A DNA stretch of 64,000 nucleotides from Clavelina lepadiformis (lineage: Eukaryota), in NCBI RefSeq assembly GCF_947623445.1, contig NC_135248.1, forward strand, positions 2,726,977 through 2,790,976, read 5' to 3'. Below are positions 1 through 13,229 of the stretch, piece after piece. Position 1 is the stretch's first letter, and the number at the start of each line of letters is the position of its first letter. A model generated the notes under the pieces. It searched no databases. It saw nothing but the letters and a program-made list of their open reading frames with translations, and was not told the origin of the DNA. The position numbers were made by a program, and so were the translations under genes.

Positions 1-204
1 GGGGAGATATGTAAACAATCAAGTACACTTGGCTTGAGGTGAACTTTTGCAATCAGTAATCAGACGACTTGAATGGAATGGATTGTTATCGCACAAAATA
101 AAACATAAACCTAAAACACGGTGATGGCAATACATCCAGTTGCATAGATTGTGGAACATGAGACAGTTTAATGTGTATTTGCACAATGACATAGATTTCG
201 ATAC

Positions 205-347
205 CTTTGGTGGTCCAATTATAGTTCCAATCCACTTTGTCAATGAAGAATCTTCATCATCACACAAACCCCAGCTGATGGTGCCATCACCTTCACCTTT
301 AATTCCTTCATCAAGTTCTTCGAGGAGAACAAACGTCCGAGGTTTCT
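205..347 (-). CDS. UBE2V: Internal coding exon of a ubiquitin-conjugating enzyme E2 variant (UEV/MMS2-type, UBE2V-like); rest of gene lies outside or in unresolved exons
   Basis: Minus-strand ORF 19..378 translates ...[47 protein letters not shown]. This matches the conserved UEV core of vertebrate UBE2V1/2 ([44 protein letters not shown]). Read on the minus strand, a tttcag acceptor lies at 348-349 and an AAG|GTATCG donor at 203-204. Homology stops exactly at these splice sites. Confidence 0.6.
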
Positions 348-3300
348 CTGAAATTATAATCTGACAATGAAGTGACAATGCCTTCTAGGACTTTTAGGCA
401 GGTTTACGAAGCTGAAAGGTTTGATGGTTATTCCAATCGATCTCAAATTGGACTAACGATAAACATTTTTGATTTATTCATATCTCTTAAATATGAGAAA
501 AACTTCATTCCGTCACAGGCAATAGGTAGAAATGTTTGGTACAGCCTTCTACATAAAATTTTCAAATTTGAACAATTTGAGTTGGGAGAAGCCCTTGAAA
601 ATTACTTGCTCATTCGCTGGGGTTTACCTGCACACTTAAATGCCATCTACTGCTCGTTGTCAGGAAGACATCCCTGAATTACATGAGAGGCACTGGGACT
701 CACAATTTTATCAGCTCAAAAAATGCAACGATACAAAAACAATAAAACTAACATTTTACACAAACTTGCAAATAACTGTATACATATAAATCAACATCTC
801 ACAGAACATACCACAAGTGCTCATTGTGATCAACTTCGAAAAGAATCAATCACACCTATAAACTTTAAACTTACAGTGTTATGCTATTGCATTTGCACCT
901 GCATGCACAAAAATAGGTTTTTAGTCTTTCTTTGAAATGTACCTCTTCAGCAAAAAAGCTGCAGATAACATGGAATTAAAAGTTTATTCACAAAACTATA
1001 AGACATGAAAGCATCCAAAGCGATAACACTAGCACAGAATGAAACCAACTATCTGGTGCGGTACATCAAGTGCAATAAGACAGGATTAAAAATGAAAATA
1101 CAAATGCTTTTTTTAAGTTCAGAATTGTATACAAATATGATTTTCTACGATCAATACACTATAAAATATAATAAAATGTACTTCAATAATAAATCTTTTC
1201 AAGTAAAATGTACAAAAATAACATCGAAGAAAAATAATTTTCACATGTATATTATGTACTTTTGATAAAGAAAGGCCGTACCATGAAAGCAGAAACTTAG
1301 CTGAATACGATTAAATACATCTCAATACTATCAAATCAATTTGAAAAGAGAACCCAGGTTTGCCGAAGTGTATTTCAAAATTTTGTAGCCTACATTTAAA
1401 CCAAAATTCATCATTTTTAAAAGTTGACAACTAAGTGAAGGACATGGCTAAATTAAAAAAAAACGTAACATTAATTTCCGAACAACCTGTCTGAATCCAA
1501 CTTTTTGCATTAGACAACAACAAAGTAATTTAATTCACATCTCATTAAACTACATCATACACGACATACAGCATATAGCAGTATTGCCTATTTATTCATT
1601 TTATTTTTGAGAGTGACTAGGCTATTTCACCGAAAAGTAGGTCACCCAGCCCACAGTTAAAGACAGGCGGTTAGTTAGCAAAATCTGAGTTATTTAGGGT
1701 CTTAACTATTTTATAACATTAACGTTAGCTTAACAAAAAACTGTGAAAAAGAGGTTTCAACGCACTATTTTTCCGGTAAAATAGTGGCAGCCTTTATTTT
1801 TCCTCCTAATTGTGGGTCGGACTGCATACTAAGCTATGGCAGTTTTTGCCAAGATTTCCAGGGTGTAAAAGCTAAATTCCGATGTGCATCGTAAGGTAAG
1901 GAAGGATGAATGAATGAATGAATGTAAAACCGTCCTGACTCCTGAATCGCGAACGTAACCGCACAAACTACCGTATTCACGCCCAACCCAAGTATAAATG
2001 AAATACGGTAGACCTAATAAGTAAAAGGCAACCACACGAGCTACAGGTTATTGTGTTCAGGAAAGAGTAGAGGTCGCACTATTTTGCGGAAAATGAGGAA
2101 TTGATTAACGGAGGAGTACAAGTATATATTGGAAATAAATGTTATAATATTGCAATGATTCGATAATTCCCTTCCAAAATATTAAAAATTTCATTAATTC
2201 ACATGTGATCAATCAAGCATGAAATGTAATCAGGCCAGTTCACTTCAATCGCTTGTCAGTAACGCACATGGGGTGCGGTAGTGTTTAGTTAGTTGCTCTG
2301 TTTAAGCATATGCTGTACTAGCTCTTGTTTTGAAATCATCGTAACTTGTTATAAACAGTTGTAACAGTGTGTTTCTATATTCTGCACATTATCGAGGTGT
2401 GAATAAAGTTTAGCATACCCATTCCTGTTTATCGTTGATTGTGACAGCCAAGTGCTTTTTTGGCATCCAACCAACCTTCGCACTGCCTCAATATAAACAT
2501 AAATTAAAGCCAGAGTGTTAAACCGAACTTAAACCTTTTAACGGGATATTTTTGAGAAAACAAACCGGAACTAGGATCTGTATCTGATCCCACACCATGC
2601 CTTGGCTATTGCAGTCGAAGATGCAAAATTCCAAACTGGAGACCAATCTTTCTCGGCAATGACCACCTTGCTAAGTGCGGTAACTTTAGTTACTTACTTT
2701 AACGAACAGTTAATTGAAACGTGTTTCTGATTATTACCAACTATAGCCTGCGGGTTTACTTATTCTAAAATGTGAGAAGCCCTAAACCAAGAAATTGTCA
2801 TCCCTCATAAAATTTCCTGAGTAAAAGCAGCGTTATTATGAGCAGAGCAGCTGAAGAAAATATAAGCGGCAATTTATTCGAAATTTTGATAAATCTCAAA
2901 GTTACGAAACTTGTTGGAATTATTTTAATTTTCATACTCACCTTGTCCGCTAGATAGCGGCAGGACATCGCGTTTATTTGCCGAAAAAGTCATTGTATTT
3001 TTCTCTGTTCCACAATTCGCATTTCGAGGCAGTCGTCTTCAAGATAAAGAAGTGTTGTTATTTTCCAATAAAATAATGTCAAGTTAGACGCAGTCTTGGG
3101 TAAGAGATAGCTCAACATATACAGACCTATAACATAATGTCCTTTGTTGCGCTATAGCAGAGGTCAGGAACCTATGGCTTGCGAGCCAGATCTGGCCCTT
3201 TTCATGATGGCATCTGGCACGCAGATAAATCTAAGCTCGCATTTTTTAGAACGATTGTTACGATAAAAACTTTTCTGTAATTCTAAGTCGCATTAACAGT

Positions 3301-5830
3301 AAGAAGCATGTTATTAATGAGTAAATTCAGACATTTTCCGTTATCTAAAATTGTTGGTTTTGCTGAAAAATGTACACGTTAGTTGCATTGAGTGTTGAAA
3401 AATATTATACGACTCTCACTGAAATAGAATTAAAAATATGTAATTTTCATGGCTCCCTTAGCCAAAAACGTTCTCGACCCTTGCGCTATAGGATAACAAG
3501 AATTGCTTGTGTAACCATATAAAGCTGGGTTTATTACAAAATTTTTCGTTCCATCTCAAAAAACTCTTAAACGGTTCCATCAAAAACCAAACTTGGAAGG
3601 CAAATTATAGTAAGTTGTTATTTTTTGAAACGGCAACTAAATAGATACAGACAATGGTAAAATAATACCCAGTTAATAAAACGTCTACCCTTTAATATTG
3701 TTTCAATTATTGAGTGGTTTTTGTTTAAATTACTTAACACATTTAAATGTCAGGTCATAAGAGTTTCCCCGTATCCTGAGGATTTGTTTTGTCGTAACAG
3801 ACAATCAGATCTTTCGTTGTAATAATGTTTTACGCTGATACTTGACGTCTACTTACGTTTACGCTGGTTGTAATAATGATTCAAGCGACGTGCATTGTAT
3901 GGGTGAAATGGGGTGACTTTACACAGCACAGCAGCAATACGACCGACCGATAGTTATTTCTTAATTGGGCTGTAGATAATCAAAATAGAGATTTTTAAAT
4001 CTTTTTTTAAGTCATCCGCGGAATTTCACCGTTTTAATTGCTTTCCCTTATCTTTTACTTCACAGTTTTTGTATCTATCTCATTCATTACCTTCGTTCGA
4101 GCAGGACGGCTCTTTAATTTTCCATCGCATACATACAGAGTATAATGTATTTTACTTATGGTTTTAGGATACTTTTTATAGGTATATCGCTTTTGTTTTT
4201 TCTAGTTTTCATTTCTGATCGTGTTTTTATTTATTTTAAAAGCCTGATTATGCCTAATTGAATAGACGAAATATGTTTCTGATTTTAACATTGCACAAAT
4301 CTACTCGGGTTTTATTTTCCTTTTACAAAGCCAATGCAGGATTGTCGCCCTCGGTGGTCGTTTGTGTCTCACCGGCCACCGTTGAAATACGTATTAAGTG
4401 TTGATGTAAGCCTTCGTTTTAATATAAAATCAGAACTCTGTCACTTTTACCCATAAATACGGACCGACTGGTCATTATTGCACGTGAACAGCCCATATAA
4501 GGCCGCCCGCAGCGTGTATGCACGTGCGTACCATTTATCTGCTTTGTGTTCTGAATTTACGCACATTAGACTTGATAACGTGTTGGTTTCAGATTCATAT
4601 TTGTTACCAATGACGTGACACGTATTTCAAGCGTAAAAATCCAAAACTTTCGCGTTCCGCACATTCTGGGCAAGGTGGAAAAACGAAGGAATTTTTGGAA
4701 AGGCTTTTAAAAACTTTTGCCCATTCCTTTCTGAACGCAATCTTAAGTAGGCTACGTCACTGATTAAAACGTCTTATATCGAACAAAATTACTTTTTGCT
4801 TCGTGTTGAATAATATAAAGGCCACAAGAACCGAACATAATCACTCTGTGTCCACTATTAGAGATTACTTAGTACGCAAGCACACTGCCTTGTATGGCCT
4901 TTACGCACCTGTGCAGCAAATGAGAAATGCGGTATACAAGCAGAGAATTTGATAAAGCAAATGGTTATTTTACCAGCAAAATGTAACGTTGAAACGAATA
5001 CAGAACTTACGCAACACCAGCTTTGCTTATCAAAAACTTGGTTGATCTCTGCAAAACGCAAAATAGGCGGATTATACGGCGTTATACAAAATTGTTGCAT
5101 GTGGCGTTTTAAAATTGTCCGCTATAATTTGCCAGCTACTGTTCGTATAAATTTGAGAACACAATTTATTTCGTGGCGTGAAAAAGATTTTGCGTTCGCC
5201 CATTTCGGCCGGGTTTGACAAGCGCGCATATTTCAGACCAGGAGTTCCAAAAATATCCCCTCAACGCCCCTGGACACAAAGTTGATTTACAGAGCACAGT
5301 ACAACTGTATCATTACCAGGATATAAAACGATTTAATGCATGCCATTCGAAATTATTCTGTGGGCGCTGGTATAATCGGTCAAAGTACAGTTCATTTTAT
5401 CTTTAATTGAGTGCTAGTTTGAGGTTTTGTAATAACTAATAACACACTTTGAAAACGTTCTCATTGTGTTTATTTTACGACAGGGTTATAATTGCACAGT
5501 TTCTTTTGCTCGAACTACTGTCAATCGCATAATATAAGCACAGTCTTCAAAGACACTGATAATTATATGTAATTAATAGCAGTCAAACCGTGCATTTTAC
5601 GCCAACGTTGAAGCCTATTACACCGGCGTGTAATCCGACTGTTTTCAAGAGAAGTAATGGATAGCTCTTCAATATTTGTCCTTGAGCTACCAGATACAGA
5701 CAGAGTACAGTATTGAAAAATTCTACATTCCACGCGTTGGGCATCTATGTTAGGTTAGCAACCTAAATCGTGATCAAGCACTTAGCAAAGAAGTTGTATA
5801 CAACGTATAAGCAAAGAGTAAGGCAAGAAG

Positions 5831-6811
5831 ATGAACACCACAGATATTATGTCACATTTAGCAACGGCGGATTATAAAACAGAAGATAAGACTTTCTACA
5901 CCTCCAGCGCTATTACTACAATAAAGACTCGGACCAGGATTAACTTTGCTCCAAGCACAAGTACGTCAACGGGAAGTGTGGCAACGAACAATGCTTCTCA
6001 GTTTTGGGCATCAGAAATTTTCTATGGAGGATCCCACGTTCTGCAAGGCATCGTAATTATACTTTTGGTCTTAACCGCTTATCTGGCCTGTGTGACGTCG
6101 TTTTATCTGTACAAGTACCAGCAGCCCAAGCTCAAGCTCTCCAACTTCCTGCTGTGTTTAGCATCGATTTTGCTATTTGCACAGTGCTGCTGGTTCCAGC
6201 CTGAAGTGGTTATTACCTCGTACACTTACCAGTTTTGCATCGCTTACTCAGTCGTAAACATCATTCTGGCAACGGTTGCCAAAACTACCATATACGTTAT
6301 CCTGTGGGTTAGACAGAATTTCATCTACACCAATCCATTGCTGACGCTTGTAGGGGAACACTTCCGCGTAGTTGGAAAGATAGTTCTTTTTGGAATGCTC
6401 ATTTTCGCCGCTTTCCAGTTGGGGTCACTGATTGCAATCGTGCCAAAGGCTGTTCCGGGTGGATGCATTTTACCAAAACTCTTTGGATGTTTGATCGTAA
6501 TTACACCTTTGACGTTTTGCATTTCTTCTGTTTTCCAAGTTGCCCTCCTGCTGTTAACACTGTACCCTGTTTTGAAGCACATTCGCAAACACAGTAAAAG
6601 CTCCATCGGTGCGCACCTGCGTCCGGTAGCTATCAGGCTATGCGTGTGTACAGGGATTTGCGTTGCCACAGACACGTTGTTTTTAGTTGGCACCAGGATA
6701 GCTTCATGGCGCGCTCCTATTAACTTTATACCGGTATGCTATGCCTTTGACATTGCCATTCACATCGCAGTAACTTTGTGTTCGTTTGTTGATTATCAAC
6801 GTCGCCTTTAG
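5831..6811 (+). CDS. Intronless 326-aa ORF encoding a predicted seven-transmembrane membrane protein (orphan GPCR-like)
   Basis: A 981-nt uninterrupted ATG-initiated ORF in ~34% GC DNA is very unlikely by chance. The translation has seven hydrophobic segments of 20-25 aa (e.g. IVIILLVLTAYLACVTSFYLY, FLLCLASILLFAQCCWF, IVLFGMLIFAAFQLGSLIAIV, LIVITPLTFCISSVFQVALLLLTLY). It has an N-terminal N-glycosylation-type site (NAS) and basic residues in the predicted loops. No canonical DRY or NPxxY motif was found, so the GPCR family assignment is open. Confidence 0.45.
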   Translation: MNTTDIMSHLATADYKTEDKTFYTSSAITTIKTRTRINFAPSTSTSTGSVATNNASQFWASEIFYGGSHVLQGIVIILLVLTAYLACVTSFYLYKYQQPKLKLSNFLLCLASILLFAQCCWFQPEVVITSYTYQFCIAYSVVNIILATVAKTTIYVILWVRQNFIYTNPLLTLVGEHFRVVGKIVLFGMLIFAAFQLGSLIAIVPKAVPGGCILPKLFGCLIVITPLTFCISSVFQVALLLLTLYPVLKHIRKHSKSSIGAHLRPVAIRLCVCTGICVATDTLFLVGTRIASWRAPINFIPVCYAFDIAIHIAVTLCSFVDYQRRL

Positions 6812-9160
6812 CCCTTTTGCAAATTCGAACCTCACAAAAACAACAATTCCAGTCTTGAAAATTCGTCCAAAGTATAGATTTTTAAGCATGGCTCAATATT
6901 TTGCTATGCGACTTGCAGTCTATATTTGTGAATGCATGTTTTGTTTTGTTTTGTGTTTTTGTAAATATGTGCATATACTGTTTACGTGTTTTACTGTAGA
7001 AAGAAATGTTCCGAAATGTAAAAGAAATAATATCGGCCTCACTTAGACCAGCCTTTTAAGCTGTAAGACGTCATAAAAAACTGTAATGCAAATGATAACA
7101 TGCTGCTGGTTTCTATGAAAATCGCCTTTCTATATTATTCGTTTCAGGGTTCACGATACTTCATGATTGTAAATTCCGAAGTTGCCATTTATTTTGTGTT
7201 AATCACACAAAAAATTTGTTTAAAATTTTTAGCTATTCCGTAGCTGGTTGGTCGTGCAAGTCTGAACGTTTAAAGACGAGCTTTCGGTGGAGTTCCTTGT
7301 CGAAGTTTTATCCAAAAAAGAAGAGTGAAGTTATGATTTGAAGAGTTTCAAAGTTTCTAAGCTGAGTTTGGAAGCGAAAAATTTATTTCGTCTCACTGTT
7401 AGTCAACGTTTGTTTTTCTCTGAGTTTTTCCATCAGATCCATTGCTTGTTCATTTTTGATGTAGGCTACCTACCTTTTGATGTAGGCTACCTCCGTGGAC
7501 GGTTGTAAATTAGGGCCGTTGGCTTCGTCTAACTGTAAAGAATGTAACGTGCACTTCCACTGATGGCTGTTTCAAAATTTTAAAAGGCAATGCTGGTTGT
7601 GTAGCTTAATTTAACTCTCTAGGCTACCTAATAAAAAACAAACGGCTACAAATTTGTCCTGATACGGCTTGCTTTTACTGCTTGAAATGAACCGGTTTAA
7701 TTTCAATTTGTATTTACAAATTTTATGACACACTGAGCTGCTATATGTAACTCTATCGATATCCATCCATACCGAGGCAGCAAATGGAGGTACGTAACGA
7801 CAATTTTTAACACGTTGGATGAATAACATTTGCCTCAACGTCATATCGGCATGTTAACTCTAAATTTTCACGATCTTCAATTTTTTGCTTTTATGTGCTG
7901 TATATACGTACATATAAGTTGATAGTTAATTTCAGACTTCGCCAGGGATAAGCAACACGTTTAGATAATGTTCTATACACGTGTAAAGTAAAAGTAGCTT
8001 TGATGGTCATGACGTGAAACTGCTTGTACAATATAATATCAACACCCCACTATCGAGTTGTTTACACGCATACCTTAGCTGTAGCCTATCGGGTTGTTGC
8101 ATAACGCAAGTTTGACTCGGTTTTACTAGCTTCATATTATGCTCACTGATGCATTCTACTTACTGTGCATGTAGCAACTAGCCAGCCATGTTTAATCACA
8201 TGCGCACTAATAAGTATATTTCATATATCTCCAAAGTTTGTATGTTTAAAAAAAGTAAAAAGGATCGCGTGCGCAATGTCTTGCACTTGAAAATGAAAGC
8301 AAGCGAACTAAAATATAAAATTAACTCTATCTACAAAAGGTAAGAAGCATCTCTCACGGCTGCAAGGTTAAAGACAACAGAGAAAAGGTTTGTCATAGAA
8401 ATTACAAACACTGCTACAGCAGACTCAAATTGGGTTCTTTACTACTAATGCGCATTTTGCCCTACACTACGATTCATTTACCGTTGCTAAATAACATTAA
8501 GCGATGGGTTTAGAACACAGAACAACAATTTGTGAGAGTGATAACTGATAAGTGAAAAAAATGGGCATTTCTACAGGGCGATGCATGATGTATTCGGTGT
8601 GTTTTTTTTAGAAAAAGCTTTAAAACTGTAATTATCACTGTCAATATAGAGAATGTGAATAGAGGTCGTTGCGTTAAATAAGCTTTAACAAAAAATAATA
8701 AACAATGAACAAAGTTCAAAAATTTCTTGGAGGATATGAAGTCACGCACTTTGTAATGGCCATAACCCATGGTGGTAGTTAAACTTAAAGCAGGTAATAT
8801 AAAAATAGAATATGTGGAACTAACCAGAGCGGTCTTAAACCAGTTCAATGCAGTAAACTGACTTATATAACCACGTCGAGTGGAAATGCGCGAAGGCTTA
8901 CAAGTGAACAACAACGATTTGTGTGGCGCGTGAAACAACGAAGGTCAAGTTTGGTTGTTTGTAATTTAATTAAACTGATATATATCAAAACCGTCAAGCT
9001 TATGTCGCAGATTACAAAATCCAACGTAAAGAAAATAATACAGAAAAAACAAGTTTAGACTGTGAAAGTATCAGAAGGTGTCGAAAGTTTCGCTTCTTTA
9101 ACTTGTAAAATCTTATTTTATTTGTAGAGAGTGGTCGTAAGAACTACCTTCTAGTGCAGC

Positions 9161-9221
9161 ATGCACTTATATTTTTACATCGTGGTCTTTCTTATCACCG
9201 TGTTGCTGTACGCAGAAGCAG
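9161..9221 (+). CDS. Astacin-mosaic gene exon 1: start codon and signal peptide (MHLYFYIVVFLITVLLYAEA)
   Basis: ATG at 9161 followed by a 20-aa hydrophobic signal-peptide-like sequence, then a G|GTAGGC donor at 9222. The exon ends in phase 1, compatible with the next exon (G|GT = Gly). Confidence 0.5.
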
Positions 9222-9599
9222 GTAGGCTATAGTTTGTGATTATTTGATTTTAATGATTTAGTTTAGCGGTTGCAAGCGTGTAAATATGGAGTGTAATTGT
9301 TTCCTCTTGGTTTTGTTTGCTTTACACAGATGCGACAATAATAGCAGCTGTCGGAAAAGCGGTTTTACAAAAAGAGGCAATAAAATTGCAGCTGACTTAC
9401 TGTTTCCGTTTACTTGTTACTAGTAGCCTACTTATGGTAGAAAAACTTGAATGCCCACTGAGCACCAATTAGAAGACAAAAACGTTCACGTAATAAAAAT
9501 AGAAGCCGCCTTAGAATTGAAGCCGCCCTCGAATAGAAGCTGCACAAAACGTTCAAAAATAAAAAAATAGTAGCCGCGGTTTCTATTCAAGAAAATACA

Positions 9600-10290
9600 G
9601 TACCAAGAAAGAGATAGATTAAGAGAAGAAAAAGAGAAAAGTAAATGACTGGTTGACCTGCAAGTGTACGAAAAAAATGAAGAACTTTGGTTTAAAAAGT
9701 AATAACTAGGATATTTCTTTGCCTTTTAAGTTGATTTCATGCAGAGATTGCTCACGAAAAAATTTTTCATTTGTTAAATATAACCGAATATAAAAGCGGA
9801 TACCTTTTTAGTTGGTTGATTCTATTTTAAACCAGTTTTGGTTTAGGTAAATGCCCCAACGTGGAATGTGACAAAAAATGCAAAGATGAACATAAGGAAA
9901 AGGATGACAATGGTTGCACGACTTGCAGGTGTACGAAACAGCTGGGAGATTTACTTTTAACAGGTACTGTAACAGTTGGGCCTTTTCTTTTCCTCTTAAT
10001 GTGTAATGCGCAAACAGTAGTCAGCATGTTAGCAATCAACGTTATGAAGTTAGCTGCCACTATTTCACCGAAAAAATCGTGCGTTCAAAGTTTTTCTTCA
10101 CAATTTCTAGTTAACCTAACTTAAATGTTTTAACATAGTAATCTAAATCTAACTTCTAATCTAAATCTAACTTTAAGTAAACCCTAAATAACCAAAATCA
10201 AGGTTTTGCAAATCAATTCTCCTAACCGCCTATCTTGAAATATACTTTTTGTGACCTACTTTTGGTGAAATACTCACTCTATGAAGTTTA
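9600..10290. repeat. Segmental duplication, copy 1 (~0.65 kb; contains antistasin-like exon 2 and flanking intron)
   Basis: About 90% identical to 17420-18100 across the exon and both flanks (e.g. gaagaactttggtttaaaaagtaataact..., agttggttgattctattttaaaccagttttggtttag, aatctaaatctaactttaagtaaac). Confidence 0.8.
9847..9963 (+). CDS. Astacin-mosaic gene exon 2: antistasin-like cysteine-rich domain (GKCPNVECDKKCKDEHKEKDDNGCTTCRCTKQLGDLLLT)
   Basis: tttag acceptor at 9845-9846 and CAG|GTACTG donor at 9964. Cys spacing C-x4-C-x3-C-x11-D-x-NGC-x2-C-x-C fits the antistasin-like domain signature. Phase 1 in and phase 1 out. Confidence 0.6.
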
Positions 10291-10705
10291 GTGAATCAAC
10301 TTAACATAGCCTAGTTAATTAGACTATTTTCCATATTGGTTTGAGATTTCCAAGCATGCAGTTGCGGTGATGAGGCATTACAATCTCTGTGTAATTCTAC
10401 TACACTGTTTGACAAAAAATAATATTTACAAGCTGTTAGGGTTGTAAGATAACATCACTAACAACAAATAACAATAAGTTAAAAGGTTTTAACCAAGTGC
10501 TATGACCCAAACCGGGCAAATTTGTGCATTTCAATCACTATCTTGGTTAGTACAATACTATCTGTGAAAAGGTAAATAATTTAAGCAACATTGTTATGTT
10601 ATTTTATATATTTTGAAATTATTTGATGCTAGTCAAATATTTTGGTAGATTATTTCACTTTTGAATTGTTTTCCAAAATAAAAGTTTTGTTTCTTGCTTA
10701 CTCAG

Positions 10706-10849
10706 AAGCACAAATTAATTGGATAGATGACCAGGAAAAGTCTGGGGATGGTAGCCCAAGAGCTGCATCATCTGTTGTTAAAAAATGGACGAGAGATGTC
10801 ACAGCTGATGGTTATTACAGAATCCCCTACAATTACTCAGATGACATAC
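10706..10849 (+). CDS. Astacin-mosaic gene exon 3: start of astacin catalytic domain (EAQINWIDDQEKSGDGSPRAASSVVKKWTRDVTADGYYRIPYNYSDDI)
   Basis: ctcag acceptor at 10704-10705 and C|GTAAGT donor at 10850. Translation carries the astacin N-terminal W...IPY motif. Overlaps the + ORF 10642..10902. Confidence 0.75.
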
Positions 10850-11038
10850 GTAAGTCAAAAGCTTTCAAAATTGTTAGGGAGTTAGCAGCTCTTTCATCTT
10901 GATTTAATTTTAAGGCACTGATTGTTTAGACCTAAAGTGTACTGTACATATTTCCGGTGAGTAAGTCGGGGCCTGGAGGTCACAGTATTTTGATTTTTTA
11001 TCGCGCACTTGGTTGATTCATTTTCATGCTAATCCCAG

Positions 11039-11205
11039 ATTCTCGGCCTCAACACCGAGCTAACATTATCAAAGCTATTTCAATTCTCAACGCGCTGACT
11101 TGCTTAGAGTTCCAGCCAGCAACCCAAGTAGACATAAATCAGATGTATTTCATTGTTGATGAAGGATGTTGGTCTTACGTTGGGAGGCAAGGTGGTAAAC
11201 AGAAG
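11039..11205 (+). CDS. Astacin-mosaic gene exon 4: astacin domain (HSRPQHRANIIKAISILNALTCLEFQPATQVDINQMYFIVDEGCWSYVGRQGGKQK)
   Basis: cccag acceptor at 11037-11038 and AAG|GTGAAA donor at 11206. TCLEF and GCWSYVGRQGG match the astacin consensus TC(I/V)xF...GCxSxVGRxGGxQ. Confidence 0.8.
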
Positions 11206-11410
11206 GTGAAAAGGTTTCACAAGTTTACATTATTTACATTATCTTTCTTCACTGTTCTGTTATATTTTGAAACCTTTCGGGTATTTGGGTATTATAATGT
11301 ATCTTTGCTTCATTGCTTGTGTTCCATTATGAAACTCAAATCATAAACGCTCTCTTCAGTGACTTGAATTGATCCATCGAACACTAAATTAGTTTACTTA
11401 CTTTTGAAAG

Positions 11411-11546
11411 ATTTCTATTGACGACGGATGTCAGAGCGTAGGAACCATCCTGCACGAGATCATGCATGCATTGGGATTCTGGCACGAACAATCACGAAGC
11501 GATCGGAATGATTTTGTCAAAGTGTTAAAACGGAACATTGAATCTG
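11411..11546 (+). CDS. Astacin-mosaic gene exon 5: zinc-binding active site ([46 protein letters not shown])
   Basis: Contains the extended astacin zinc-binding motif HExxHxxGFxHEQxRxDRD verbatim. tgaaag acceptor at 11409-11410 and G|GTGGGT donor at 11547. Confidence 0.85.
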
Positions 11547-12662
11547 GTGGGTGATGATGGAATGTTGTTAAAATAATTTCCATATGTTAGAACAGGGGTT
11601 CTCAACCTTTTTTAAACACGACCCAATTTTTCTTCATTTTGGATGCAAGCAACCCAACATTTTGCTATACCATAAAATAGAAGGACTGCAATTAACTGTG
11701 ATTCCTCAAACAGACAGAAAATGTTACTTAATCACGCACAATCGTAATACACGATACCATGGCATGATATGTTGCAAGCAAAACATTAAATACTAATACA
11801 TAATAACAACATATTCGTCCAGCTTGCTCAAGCAAGACTTTCTTGAATGCACCACCCGTTCAAGAAAAGGTGCATTGTTTCTTTGGTGTTTCGTCATAAA
11901 ACATACTATGACACAACAAATGCTCATTAAAAACGTCACAGATTTTTTAACAATGGTTATGGCTTTGCTGGTTGATGACTAAGAACTAAAAAATTTGACA
12001 ACTAATAAACATTTTTGTGCAGTTTCAAGAAAGCTACGTCAAAAACAAAACCAAGTAGGCTTGTAAGAAATGCCCGGTGACCCATAGGTTGAGGACTCAT
12101 GCATTAGAAGTTTGGTAATTATAATTGTTGTTATAATTACTGGTGAACAGTTCCATACTTAGGAAAGACCACAAATAACGAAAAAAAACGGATTAAACAA
12201 CGCAATGTGAGCAGAAAACACTTGAAGACTAGCCCCACAACTGAGGCTTGGGCAGTGGTATAGTTAACAGGTTGTGTTCACGTAAAGATTTTATTCATTC
12301 AGTTTTAGCATGATTATTCGATTTTTAACATTATCTAAGCAATTAATAACACTGTCAAGTGTAATTTATATGTCCTGTACCACATGACATTTTATATCCA
12401 GCTGTGCACTTAACGTATTGTGTTGGAAAATTTTTCGTTATTCCTTAACCTACTCACCCCACGTTATCACCTATTTACTACACTTTAAAGAAATTTTTTT
12501 TATATTGCTGGTATGAAAAGTTTACCAATGTTATAGATCACATGCAATTGCACAGTTGTTTTTTGACCAAGTTTAATATTAATACATTCAAGATTTGTGA
12601 TGTTCATTTTGTATTGACTGAAAAACTACTTATTTCACTGCTTTTTATTAAAATTTTGCCAG

Positions 12663-12795
12663 ACAAGAAAGACAACTTTTTCAAGATAAGCTCGTCCGTT
12701 CTTGAATCGTATAACTCTGCATATGATTATAAATCTGTCATGCACTACAATGGCTACTCGTTCTCTAAGAATGGAAAACCAACCTTAACTAATGT
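12663..12795 (+). CDS. Astacin-mosaic gene exon 6: Met-turn region (DKKDNFFKISSSVLESYNSAYDYKSVMHYNGYSFSKNGKPTLTN)
   Basis: YDYKSVMHY...FSKNGKPT matches the astacin Met-turn consensus YDYxSIMHYxxxAFSxNGxPTI. ttgccag acceptor at 12661-12662 and consensus GT|GTGAGT donor at 12796. Confidence 0.8.
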
Positions 12796-13004
12796 GTGAG
12801 TTGCGTTGCTGACCATGCTCAAATTTACTTATCAGATAATTACCTTTAGTTGTTACCAAGACATTACTGTAGTCTTTGACGTAATCAACTCACTTGTGTT
12901 CATGTGTTTTTGAATGTATAACAATGTTAAAATTACTATTTTTTACCGTTTATTAATGTCCTTAATTCCAAAGTTATTTTCAAATACTACATTTCAACCT
13001 GCAG

Positions 13005-13229
13005 ACGAACCGGAAAAGCTGTGGTCAATCAAAGAATCATGCTTTCTCGTGAGGACCAACTACAGCTTCGAGCAATGTATAACTGCAAAGGTTTACGGAA
13101 AGTTCCGGAAACGACAGACTGCATGCACCCTCTGGACCAAGGGGCAAGTTATAGGGGCACAGCTTCAGTGACGAAAAGTGGGTACACCTGTCAGAGATGG
13201 GATCGCCAATCACCACATTCTCATTATTT
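13005..13229 (+). CDS. Astacin-mosaic gene exon 7: end of astacin domain ([21 protein letters not shown]) plus first half of kringle 1 ([37 protein letters not shown])
   Basis: cctgcag acceptor at 13002-13004 and TT|GTGAGT donor at 13230. The IGQRxxLSxxDIxxxxxLYxC tail of astacin is followed by the kringle N-terminal pattern (C..YRGT.S.T.SG..CQ.W.SQ.PH.H). Confidence 0.75.

Noticed and set aside
1005-1265. ORF 1005..1265 and other short ORFs in 700-5400
   Set aside because: AT-rich, Lys/Asn/Tyr-biased translations with no motifs and no splice-compatible context; I could not link any of them to the UBE2V exon, whose upstream exon remains unlocated.
11590-12090. Putative hAT-type MITE in astacin intron 5 (caggggttctcaacc ... 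ggttgaggactc)
   Set aside because: Only ~10 bp of imperfect inverted similarity and no TSD; kept as a weak observation (motif is shared with 25576) rather than a feature.
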